Assembly (NCBI GenBank): GCA_964014485.1
Contig: CAXHAT010000147.1
Location: forward strand, 1-20,577
DNA from: an uncultured Deferribacteres bacterium
GTDB taxonomy: Bacteria > Zhuqueibacterota > Zhuqueibacteria > Zhuqueibacterales > Geothermadaptataceae
Reading direction: 5' to 3'
Length of the DNA: 20,577 nucleotides
In this document: piece by piece, positions 1-10,156 of the stretch
Layout of the letters: each line of letters begins with the position of its first letter
How positions within the stretch are numbered: position 1 is the stretch's first letter
Translations under genes and position numbers: made by a program
Notes under the pieces: generated by a model
Seen by the model: the letters and a program-made list of their open reading frames with translations, nothing else
Database searches by the model: none
Told to the model about the DNA's origin: nothing

Positions 1-63
1 GCGCTCTTTCAACAAATGATTTCAAATGCGACAATTGACGTGCGGAATGTCGGATAAACCAAA

Positions 64-582
64 TCAAGCGATCATTTCTGCGAGCTTGTTAATTGTATTC
101 AGGTTTCTTGACGTCATTGTGACATTTTTGAACGCTTTTCCCATTTTCGCTACCAGCTTTGAGCGGCCAATGCCTTCCGGAGCATGGAAGTAAAATACAT
201 TTTCTATGAGCTTGTATTCTTCCGAATCCGCCTTTAATGACTCCAAAAATTCATAATCAACGGATTCCGGCATTTTGTCGCAGAAAGCGAAATGTACGGC
301 TTTTCCAACGCCCGTTTTATACGGATTATTCGCCGCCGCCCTTTCAAATTCAGCCGTGCTTAAAATGAATACTTCAGGCTTGAAACCGAATTTTCGCTCA
401 ATCAGTCGGCCGATCTCATCCGTTGGCCGCGTTGGATTTTGAAAAACGACATTGCCGCTCTGGATATAAGTTTTCACATTGGAAAACCCTGCGGCTTCCA
501 TCAGTCTGGCAAGCTCTTTCATGGGTACGATATGCTTGCCGCCAACGTTAATGCCGCGCATAAGCGCGATCCAGGTTTTCAT
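64..582 (-). CDS. DUF1697 family protein
   Basis: Has the N-terminal MKTWIALMRGINVGGK and TYIQSGNVVF motifs and a C-terminal T-S-RNLNT, all typical of DUF1697. Start moved from 648 to ATG 582, which has AAAAGGT upstream. Confidence 0.9.
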   Translation of the reverse strand: MKTWIALMRGINVGGKHIVPMKELARLMEAAGFSNVKTYIQSGNVVFQNPTRPTDEIGRLIERKFGFKPEVFILSTAEFERAAANNPYKTGVGKAVHFAFCDKMPESVDYEFLESLKADSEEYKLIENVFYFHAPEGIGRSKLVAKMGKAFKNVTMTSRNLNTINKLAEMIA

Positions 583-675
583 ATGCAATTGACCTTTTTG
601 AGATAATCTTGCCCGAATATAATGCCGTTTTAAAATAGCCGAATCCATAAATCTTTGACCAATACGCCAAAAGTA

Positions 676-791
676 AGCGGGCCGTTAGGGAAGCGGGGCT
701 AAAGCAATGCCCCCGATTTGTGTATAAAGAAAATCGCATTCATGGGAAGTGGTGAAAGGTTTTCTCAAAAACAGGAAGGCCGCGTTTTTTT
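676..791 (+). promoter_or_regulatory. Degenerate cobalamin-riboswitch-like structured leader ending in a T-tract
   Basis: Motifs in riboswitch order: AGGGAA (687-692), CCCCCG (710-715), TGTG, GGGAAG (744-749), CAGGAAGGCC (772-781). GCGG-GCC (677-683) can pair with GGCCGC (778-783), followed by T7. Several conserved positions are missing. Confidence 0.3.
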
Positions 792-991
792 GCATTAATG
801 ACGAGCGATTTCAGGATGATTGAATTTCAATAAAAACAAATTCTTATGTTTGTGTCTTTGCCTGCTCGTTCTGGAATGGAGTTTGACCTGTTCTTTTCTG
901 ACTCAATTTCAACTCGCAGCATGTCGTCACTATTTGATGAGTCGCGGAGAAAAATTAATATAGCGAAATTTTTTGAATGGGAGGCGCGCCT

Positions 992-2068
992 ATGTTTATT
1001 GCAAGAAGATTAAAGTCGCTGGTTTTCATGGCGTTTGTTGTCTTCGTCGAAACGGCATTTCCGCAAGAAGCGAAAAAAGTTTCCTACAACATCTTTCCCA
1101 TTTTGAACTATGACTCAGACATTGGTTTTGGAATCGGCACGAAAGGACTGGTCAGGAATTATTTCCAAAATGACGAATCTTTTGACCTGACGCTCTACGC
1201 CAGTTCGAAAGGAGAAAGGTGGGCGCTGTTCACGTTTGCAATCCCCGACTTTGAATTGCGTCAGGCCAAAGCCTTCCCCTGGGCGGTGGATTTGCGCGTA
1301 GAGCTCGACAAACAAGTCAAAACGAATTTTATGGGATTTGGCAACGATTCGGAAGATAACGATTTTCAATTTCCCCGAAAATTTTTCAAACTCGACTTAG
1401 CGATGAGTCGTGCGATAACGCCGCGATTCATAGTTTCGTTGAATTCTCGATATGCGCATTACCATGCTTACGGATTTGATCCGGCGTGGGGAACGATCAC
1501 TTCGCTGACGCCGGGCGCCGGAAAAAGCCAGGTTGCCATGCAGTCTGTCGCAGTCTTGTTTGACGCCCGCGACAGTCAATTGCAGCCCACAAAAGGCGTA
1601 CTGGTTAAGGCGGAAGCAAGTACGGCGCATCGCATTTTCGGCGGCGATTGGCGCTTCACGCGCTTTCAGTTGCGAGTGAACTGCTACCAACGTTTATTTT
1701 CGAAGTCGCACATACTTGCTTTGCGCCATTGGATTCAGGATGTTGACGGCTCCGCTCCATATTTGGAGCAAGGACGCTTGGGTAACAGCTGGACTTTGCG
1801 CGGGTACAAAGCTGAGCGGTTTATCGACAAGGCGCTGGCGTTGGCTTCCGCCGAATATCGGTTTCTGATTTGGAAAAAACTTGGCGGCGTAGCGTTTGCT
1901 GATGCAGGGCGTGTTTGGAACTCCATCAGGGATTACGGGTTTTCAGACTGGCACGGCAATCGCGGAATTGGCCTGCGATATTATTTGACCACTTTTGTCG
2001 CGCGTCTGGATATTGGAAAGAGCAGCGAAGGCACACGGATTTTTTTCAATTTTGGCCATGTTTTTTAA
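992..2068 (+). CDS. BamA/TamA (Omp85) family outer-membrane beta-barrel protein without POTRA domains
   Basis: GGAGG RBS before ATG 992; signal peptide; PILNYDSDIGFGIG first strands; LRGY motif (Omp85 VRGF/Y); AEYRF and FADAGRVW; ends IFFNFGHVF with a terminal Phe (beta-signal). Confidence 0.85.
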   Translation: MFIARRLKSLVFMAFVVFVETAFPQEAKKVSYNIFPILNYDSDIGFGIGTKGLVRNYFQNDESFDLTLYASSKGERWALFTFAIPDFELRQAKAFPWAVDLRVELDKQVKTNFMGFGNDSEDNDFQFPRKFFKLDLAMSRAITPRFIVSLNSRYAHYHAYGFDPAWGTITSLTPGAGKSQVAMQSVAVLFDARDSQLQPTKGVLVKAEASTAHRIFGGDWRFTRFQLRVNCYQRLFSKSHILALRHWIQDVDGSAPYLEQGRLGNSWTLRGYKAERFIDKALALASAEYRFLIWKKLGGVAFADAGRVWNSIRDYGFSDWHGNRGIGLRYYLTTFVARLDIGKSSEGTRIFFNFGHVF

Positions 2069-2110
2069 GGATAAATTATTGCGGAACGTTTTGGGATTTC
2101 AAGAAGCTTT

Positions 2111-2833
2111 ATGAGGAATGCGTCGACGGAAACGAGAATATTCTGGCTCAGCCTGAACTACTTTTTTTGGCACATTGTCATCATTTTTTTGAGCAAAGAA
2201 ATACAAGACAAGCTGCTGTTGGCGGATGTCTTAGATATTTTGACGCCGTTTTTCATGATTTTTATGGGCGCCTGGTTGTGGCTGGCGCTTGACGAATCTC
2301 CAGTGCAGAGCAAAGCCAGGTATTCGCGGCTTGGCGCACTTTTTCTGTTCACCGCCGGGGCCGTCGCTTTTGTAGAAGGACATGGCATGCATCTTTCCGC
2401 GAACGCCGTCGCCCGGCATCTGACGCAGATTCCGGAAACGTCAGTTTATCGCCTGACCTATTTCTTCGATGAAATTCTTGGGCATATCCTCTGGGACAGC
2501 GGGTGGGTTCTTATGTGCGTCGGGATAGCTTGGCGGGCTGTCGGATTGGCGCCGCAACAAACCGGCTCAAGGCGAATGGTTTATGTTGCAGCTTTCTTTT
2601 TTGGGTTTACTTATTCTTGCAACGCGATTGAAGGTCAGACGGTGATTTTCATGCTGCCGGCGGCGCTGATTTCCGCAACGACGTTAATCGTCATGCGCTG
2701 GCGCGCGACGAAGAAACAGAATCCGGTGTTGGCGTTTTTTATGTACGGCTGTCTGGTCGCATGTTTTTTGTTTGCTTTCTGGTATTTTCTGCAGGGCAGT
2801 TTCGTTGAATTCAGCAAGGCTGGATGGGTTTAG
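2111..2833 (+). CDS. Polytopic membrane protein with CLN6-like motifs
   Basis: About 7 hydrophobic segments. Motifs DILTPF, GHGMHLSANAVARH, YFFDEILGHILW and IEGQT occur in the same order as the CLN6 motifs as recalled (NVITPF, GASIHLVGDSVNHR, YYYDEYLGHCMW, TEGQI). Confidence 0.65.
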   Translation: MRNASTETRIFWLSLNYFFWHIVIIFLSKEIQDKLLLADVLDILTPFFMIFMGAWLWLALDESPVQSKARYSRLGALFLFTAGAVAFVEGHGMHLSANAVARHLTQIPETSVYRLTYFFDEILGHILWDSGWVLMCVGIAWRAVGLAPQQTGSRRMVYVAAFFFGFTYSCNAIEGQTVIFMLPAALISATTLIVMRWRATKKQNPVLAFFMYGCLVACFLFAFWYFLQGSFVEFSKAGWV

Positions 2834-2876
2834 AATCTTTCAAGTGACAAATGAGAAGCAAACGCCCTCAACATAT

Positions 2877-2913
2877 TTAACCCTGTCAGGGCTTCAAGTC
2901 CTGACAGGGTTAA
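2877..2913. repeat. REP-like palindrome / bidirectional terminator between convergent genes
   Basis: TTAACCCTGTCAGG-GCTTCAAGT-CCTGACAGGGTTAA: perfect 14-bp arms between the convergent stops at 2833 and 3017. Confidence 0.75.
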
Positions 2914-2937
2914 GGATTCCTTGGGCAAACTGCTTCG

Positions 2938-3012
2938 AGCAGAAACGCGGCAAGGCCGTTTTTATTCGAACAAGCGATGATGTTCAATCACGGCCCGCAA
3001 AGACGTTTTGCT
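2938..3012 (-). terminator. Long interrupted hairpin directly 3' of the katG stop
   Basis: Nested complementary pairs AGCAGAAACG/CGTTTTGCT, GGCCGT/ACGGCC and GAACA/TGTTC. Confidence 0.5.
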
Positions 3013-3016
3013 GCGA

Positions 3017-5254
<2,238 letters not shown>

Positions 5255-5329
5255 CTATGAATTATCCTGGTTCGCCGCATGACAAGCGAACGGCCGATTT
5301 CATAGCCCTGCATCTTTTTGCAAGCATGA

Positions 5330-5358
5330 ATATTAGTCAGATTTTCGACTTTCTGCAA
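5330..5358 (-). promoter_or_regulatory. Putative sigma70-type promoter of katG
   Basis: Minus strand reads TTGCAG-N17-TAATAT, about 120 bp upstream of the katG start. Confidence 0.45.
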
Positions 5359-5403
5359 GCGATTAAGAGAGAACGATGATCTATTGATTGTCTTCCAGGG
5401 TTG

Positions 5404-6522
5404 TCATCGTTCGGGGCGTACGACATCTTTTTCCAAACCAAGGAATTGCGCATGGCTTGATATACCGCATTCGATTTTCTTGAGCGCTGTTTTGGAAAGT
5501 TTCTCGAACGGTTCGATGGCAACTTCAAGACGTTTGCCTTTCCTTTTGTAAGGCCAGCAGCCGATGACGCGACCGTCGAGCAAGATGGCCGGGGTGAGCC
5601 AAGCGGAAGGGCGGTAGATGCGCTTGTAAAAATCCATGTTCAAGTACTGGCTTTTGTCCACGTGCGCCAATAGGTAGGGATCAAAGCTCGGAAGCAAGCG
5701 CACCACGCCTTTTTCAAAAGTCGTCTTCGTCAGCGGCTCAAAATCTTCTTCCAATAGAAGACCTTCTCTGCCGTCAAATTCAACTTCCAGCATGGAAAGC
5801 TTGGTTCGTTTGTGAATTGCTCGCGCCTCTTTCATCGTCAAGCCCGTCCAGCGCGAAAAATCCTGCAAACTCGCCGGGCCGTAAGCTTTCAAAAACCGCT
5901 GAAACAGAATTTCTTGCGCAGCGGATTCGTTCATTTCTTTGAAATCATCCAACCAGTCATCAACCAAAGCGAGCGTTGTTTTCGCGCCTTGGTTTGGGCC
6001 GTAACAAATGCGGCCTTCCACCAAAGCCTGCCGGAAAACGCTCCAGGAATGATCCATCCATGTTTTCATGTTGCGGCTCACGCCAGGGAGAATTTTTTTG
6101 ACCAATTCCGGCTGCGTTTTCGGGCCATCTTTGAGATGCGTCACAACGGCGTCAGACATTGCACGCGCTTCTTTGGCTGAAATATCAAAATGTTTGAGCG
6201 TGTTTCGCATCCAGGCTAACCGGTTGCTTTTCATTGCAGCGATAAAAACGGGCAAGTCGTTAATGGTGAGCAAGTGAAGAGTGCTGCGGAGGGCGTAGGT
6301 TTTAACGAGCGAGCGTTTTTGCCAGAGAGCGGCATGAATTTCTTCGCGCGTTACATTTGGCAGGCGGGCGCGAAACATCAACTCGGCGGCGGAAAGCACT
6401 TGCGCTTGCACGCCGCCAATGGCTTCGCAGATATTTTCAATAGATTTTGGCGCGGCGGAGGCGGGAAAATGGCGGGAAAATCGAAAGGCTAAAACGCGCT
6501 TTGATTTGACGAAAGTCCTCAT
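5404..6522 (-). CDS. HTH_42 (AlkZ/YcaQ family) winged-helix DNA glycosylase, AlkZ-like QxQ type
   Basis: GGVQAQ motif, LRSTLHLL, FLKAYGPAS..DFSRWTGL, RLLPSFDPYLL, LDGRVIGCW. ATGA overlap with the upstream gene (6519-6522). Confidence 0.85.
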   Translation of the reverse strand: MRTFVKSKRVLAFRFSRHFPASAAPKSIENICEAIGGVQAQVLSAAELMFRARLPNVTREEIHAALWQKRSLVKTYALRSTLHLLTINDLPVFIAAMKSNRLAWMRNTLKHFDISAKEARAMSDAVVTHLKDGPKTQPELVKKILPGVSRNMKTWMDHSWSVFRQALVEGRICYGPNQGAKTTLALVDDWLDDFKEMNESAAQEILFQRFLKAYGPASLQDFSRWTGLTMKEARAIHKRTKLSMLEVEFDGREGLLLEEDFEPLTKTTFEKGVVRLLPSFDPYLLAHVDKSQYLNMDFYKRIYRPSAWLTPAILLDGRVIGCWPYKRKGKRLEVAIEPFEKLSKTALKKIECGISSHAQFLGLEKDVVRPER

Positions 6523-7769
6523 TCGCGCTTTTTCAATTTTTCGACTTCCAGTTTGGCGTTTTCATAGATTTTTTTGAAGAGCGCTTCTTGTGCCGGAACC
6601 ATCATTGCCCCGCGCCTTTCCATCACGCGCTGCGCCGTCGCTCTCGCTTTATTGAACGTATAGAGCACCGTTCTTTCTATGCCGCCCCAACTAAATGAAG
6701 GAATATACTTGGGCGAATACCCCGCCCCAAAAACGTTAGCCATCACCCCGACGACCGTGCCGGTGTTGAACATGGTGTTGATGCCGCTTTTCGCATGGTC
6801 GCCCATAAAAAGGCCGACAAACTTTTGCCCGGTGTTGTGCATTTTGCCGTTGATGTAAACGCTCACCGGCGTGTAGTTGTTCTTCAAATCGCTGTTGTTG
6901 GTGTCGGCCCCGAGATTGACCCACTCGCCGAGATAAGCGTGGCCAAGAAAGCCCTCGTGCTGCTTGTTGCTGTGGCCGTGAATGATCGAACCTTCGATTT
7001 CTCCGCCGACCTTGCAAACGTCGCCAATCGTGGCGCCGCCGTAGATTTTCGCGCCGATTTTGACCACCGAATCCTTGCCGATATACGCCGGCCCTTCGAT
7101 GACGGCGTTTGACATCACTTTGGCGCCGTCGGCGATATAAACCGGTCCGCTCTCGCCGTCAATCACCGCGCCCGGATAAATCTTGGCGCCCAAACCCAGG
7201 TGGATATTTTCTTGTTCTAACAAGGTCACGTTGGGATAAATTTTGGCCAAAATTTGCCCGCCGCGCTGGGCAAAATTGAAGTCGCGCTCAATTTCGCGCG
7301 CATTGTGGTGCACCAAATCCCAACAAAAGGCGTTCATCGTCCCGTCAACTTCTTGCTGCGGCAGTGATTGAAAACAGATGTTTTTGATCGTGCCGTCTTG
7401 ATTGCGCTCGATCTTCCGAACGTCTTTCGGGGCGAGAAATGCGCCTGCAATTTCGTCATGGCAAATAAAAGTGGTGCTCGTTTCAAGTTTGCCCGGCAAC
7501 GGCTTTGAAGGCATAAAACGGCTGTTGATGAAGTAGCCGCCTTCGCGCGGCGCGGAATTCAATTGTGTTTGCGGGCGTTCAAGCTTGACCACGCCCAATA
7601 ATTCATCGCGCAGAAAATAGCTGACGCGGTATCCTGGAAAGCGCTGAATGATTTTTTGCCCCAGGGTGAAGAGGCCGCAACGCAGATCAAAAACTGGTCG
7701 CGTCAGGCTCAACGGTGAAAAGTTGATCGCACGTTCGTCTTCGTAAATGCACAAATCCAGTTGCTTCAT
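6519..7769 (-). CDS. GlmU-like sugar-phosphate nucleotidyl/acetyltransferase (NTP_transf_4 + hexapeptide repeats)
   Basis: N-terminal FSPLSLTRPVFDLRCG; left-handed beta-helix hexapeptide repeats; SNKQHEGFLGHAYLGEWVNLGADTNNSDLKNNY motif of the Bacteroidota/Ignavibacteria-type GlmU-like family. Confidence 0.85.
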   Translation of the reverse strand: MKQLDLCIYEDERAINFSPLSLTRPVFDLRCGLFTLGQKIIQRFPGYRVSYFLRDELLGVVKLERPQTQLNSAPREGGYFINSRFMPSKPLPGKLETSTTFICHDEIAGAFLAPKDVRKIERNQDGTIKNICFQSLPQQEVDGTMNAFCWDLVHHNAREIERDFNFAQRGGQILAKIYPNVTLLEQENIHLGLGAKIYPGAVIDGESGPVYIADGAKVMSNAVIEGPAYIGKDSVVKIGAKIYGGATIGDVCKVGGEIEGSIIHGHSNKQHEGFLGHAYLGEWVNLGADTNNSDLKNNYTPVSVYINGKMHNTGQKFVGLFMGDHAKSGINTMFNTGTVVGVMANVFGAGYSPKYIPSFSWGGIERTVLYTFNKARATAQRVMERRGAMMVPAQEALFKKIYENAKLEVEKLKKRE

Positions 7770-7782
7770 TTCTCAAATCCTT

Positions 7783-8967
7783 TTACGGTAAGCATATCTT
7801 TCCTAATACCACATTTTTTGCCGCCCCGGTCGCGCGCGGAATGTTGCCGGGTTCGCGACATAGCGCAGCCCAGGCGAGCGCCGCAAAACAAACCGCTTCT
7901 TTTGCGTCCCCCGCGACGCCGGTATCGTCGAATTTTTTCAACGTTGTTTGAGGGAGCTGGCGCGCTAACATTTTCATCAAGGTCGCATTGTTCGCACCGC
8001 CGCCGCTGACGAAAATTTCGTCGACTTTTGCCTGCCCGGCACAGCGCAAGACGCTTTCAACGATCGTGTCCGCCGTCAATTGCGCTGTGCTGGCGATGAG
8101 ATCAATCGGAGATATACCCGCGTTTTCCGCTTTTTTGCAGAGGGCTGCGACATATTTTTCACCAAATTCTTCCCTGCCTGTGGATTTGGGCCAGGGGCGT
8201 GAGAAATAAGGGTGCTTTTTGAGTTCCGCCAACAGCAACGAGTTTGGCTCCCCAAGCGCCGCCTTCTGCCCGTCCTGATCATACGGCAGGTCAAAATATT
8301 TTTTCAGCAAAGCGTCGATGATCATATTTCCTGGGCCTGAGTCGAACGCAACAACGTCTTCCAGAGAACACCTTTTTGGCAGCCAGGTGAAATTGGCGAT
8401 CCCGCCAATATTTAGAAGAACGCGATTTTGGGCCGGGTGGGCAAAATAAGCATGATCGAACCAGGGGACGAGAGGCGCGCCTTCTCCACCGTAAGCCATG
8501 TCGTTGGCGCGAAAATCTGCAATGACAACCTTGCCGGTTTTCGCCGCGATGACGGCCGGTTCGCCAATTTGCAAAGTGCCGGATGAAGGAAATCCGGCAA
8601 TATTCTCGGCATTTGGAACGTGCTGAATGGTCTGGCCGTGCGAGCCGATAAATTGGATGTTGTCGGCGCCCAATCCGCTTTCCTTGATCGCTTGCTGCGC
8701 TGCATCCGCGAGAGCATGGCCGACCGCCCAGTTCAAGCGCGTCACCGTTTCGGCGTTTCCTCCCGGCGGGGCGGAAGCGAACAGTAATTTTTTCCTTAAA
8801 TCATCGGGATAAGGAATGGTTTTGAAAAACAAGGTTTTAGGCGGGATTCGGCGATCTTTGTGCAGCTCAACGATGACTGTGTCAACGCCATCCAGAGAAG
8901 TGCCCGAAATCAGCCCGACGCCGATAACCGATTTTTGGCGTTTCCAGAAACTAGCGTCGAGCGTCAT
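7783..8967 (-). CDS. anmK: Anhydro-N-acetylmuramic acid kinase
   Basis: GLISGTSLDGVD, GSHGQT, TLQIG, DFRANDMAYGGEGAPL, NIGGIAN, FDSGPGN, PKSTGREEF, GGGANN and KEAVCFA motifs. Confidence 0.97.
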   Translation of the reverse strand: MTLDASFWKRQKSVIGVGLISGTSLDGVDTVIVELHKDRRIPPKTLFFKTIPYPDDLRKKLLFASAPPGGNAETVTRLNWAVGHALADAAQQAIKESGLGADNIQFIGSHGQTIQHVPNAENIAGFPSSGTLQIGEPAVIAAKTGKVVIADFRANDMAYGGEGAPLVPWFDHAYFAHPAQNRVLLNIGGIANFTWLPKRCSLEDVVAFDSGPGNMIIDALLKKYFDLPYDQDGQKAALGEPNSLLLAELKKHPYFSRPWPKSTGREEFGEKYVAALCKKAENAGISPIDLIASTAQLTADTIVESVLRCAGQAKVDEIFVSGGGANNATLMKMLARQLPQTTLKKFDDTGVAGDAKEAVCFAALAWAALCREPGNIPRATGAAKNVVLGKICLP

Positions 8968-9464
8968 TGCGGGTTGTTCTTTCGTTTTTGCGCAGATTCA
9001 ATGAAGACCTTGGCCATGGTGTGGAACATTTCGCGCTGATCCGGCTCGAGCTCTTCTAATTGATCCAGGTACTCGTTCATCTCTTTCAGAATGTCACGCC
9101 CGCTCATGATGCCAATCATCTCGCTCATCCGATCTGCGATCTTTTTTTCCATTATTGTGGACTTTTTTGGCGCAGGGTAGTTTTCAGGTGCGCCTCCCGC
9201 CGCCTTGATGCGTTCAATGCTCTCAGGGTTGGCCTTTTCTTCTAACAGCATTTCGCCTTCGCCAGTGATCAGCCAATTGAGGTTAATTCCGGCGTAGTAA
9301 CATTTTTTCAAAAAACCTGAGCCTGGCTCTTTTGTGTGATCGTTCAAAACCGCATATGCCGTGGACTTTGTCATTCCAGTGGCGCTAATAAAATCGCTGA
9401 TTTTTTTGTAGCCCAATGCGAAGATGGCGATCCGAAGACGTTCGCCTAATGGCTTGTTTTCCAT
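8964..9464 (-). CDS. XRE / phage-CI-like helix-turn-helix transcriptional regulator
   Basis: LGERLR start, HTH segment ISDFISATGMTKSTAYAVLN, and INLNWLITGEGEM tail typical of CI-like repressors. The C-terminus looks helical with no S24 peptidase motif. Stop overlaps the anmK start (ATGA). Confidence 0.8.
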   Translation of the reverse strand: MENKPLGERLRIAIFALGYKKISDFISATGMTKSTAYAVLNDHTKEPGSGFLKKCYYAGINLNWLITGEGEMLLEEKANPESIERIKAAGGAPENYPAPKKSTIMEKKIADRMSEMIGIMSGRDILKEMNEYLDQLEELEPDQREMFHTMAKVFIESAQKRKNNPQ

Positions 9465-9629
9465 TTTGTTGAAAAATATCTTGTTTTTTGTAAAAATCTC
9501 AATATTTTAAGCGAAATTGTTTTTCACAAAGCTGTTTTAATCACCTTGCACGACAAAGTACAAAGCGCAAACGGCGAATTCAAAAACAAAACGGTTAAAG
9601 CAGATTTCACTTAATTGGAGGGAAGTTGA

Positions 9630-9815
9630 ATGAGCCGAAATGATTTTATTCTAGCGTTAACATTATTTGCCAAAGAAATACCTTTGCGTTCATTGATTAT
9701 GGCGGCCATGTTGGTTGCAAAAGAGCCTGCTTTGACGACTCTGAAAAGTACGTTTCCTGAAATCTGGAAAGAGTTGGAGATGCGCTCCCGACCTGGGGGA
9801 ATCAATGAACCATAA
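9630..9815 (+). CDS. Small hypothetical protein (61 aa) divergent from the HTH regulator
   Basis: Strong GGAGG RBS (ttGGAGGgaagttgaATG), preceded by an AT-rich divergent intergenic region. No recognised domain. Confidence 0.55.
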   Translation: MSRNDFILALTLFAKEIPLRSLIMAAMLVAKEPALTTLKSTFPEIWKELEMRSRPGGINEP

Positions 9816-9993
9816 ACCCTCGCAGGGCGCCGTTTTTAATAGCTGGTGTTGCGCGTTTGCCGGTAAAACATGATGCAACTTGGTTCTCCGCCGAGCCGAA
9901 TATCGCAATTGCAGGTGGTTGATCCCTGGCGTTCTTCGAGGGCGGGAGTGGAAGAACCTTCGCAACTCTGCTAAATGCAAGTCTCTCAATTAC

Positions 9994-10012
9994 TGACACT
10001 TTTGAAGTGTCA
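9994..10012. promoter_or_regulatory. Dyad TGACACTT-N3-AAGTGTCA, candidate activator (UAS) or operator site
   Basis: Perfect 8-bp inverted repeat centred about 77 bp upstream of the sigma54-like -24 box. Confidence 0.45.
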
Positions 10013-10078
10013 AGCTTACACTTTTCAATGTTCCATCGTCTTGACTTAATTCTTTGAAAATTAAAGCTTTGTCGTTCG

Positions 10079-10093
10079 TGGCACGATTTTCAC
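10079..10093 (+). promoter_or_regulatory. Putative sigma54 (-24/-12) promoter
   Basis: TGGCACGATTTTCAC: perfect -24 TGGCACG, but the -12 reads AC instead of GC. A sigma54 activator gene lies in the same cluster. Confidence 0.45.
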
Positions 10094-10156
10094 ATTCAAA
10101 TTTCTTGTCTATGTTTGTGAAAATGTTTAGTTAATCGAATGAACGGAGGCAAGATG

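Noticed and set aside
1..57. Plus-strand open frame ending TAA at 57, possibly the tail of an upstream gene
   Set aside because: Only 18 codons visible; cannot be supported or assigned.
583..648. N-terminal 22-aa extension of the DUF1697 ORF
   Set aside because: Family homology begins at MKTWIAL, and an RBS-like sequence precedes ATG 582.
5360..5395. Possible OxyR site upstream of the katG promoter
   Set aside because: Only one ATAG tetramer matches the ATAG-N7-CTAT pattern.
8964..9815. Prophage or integrative element implied by the CI-like gene
   Set aside because: No integrase, att-like repeats, tRNA or phage genes seen, and the repressor is coupled to housekeeping anmK.
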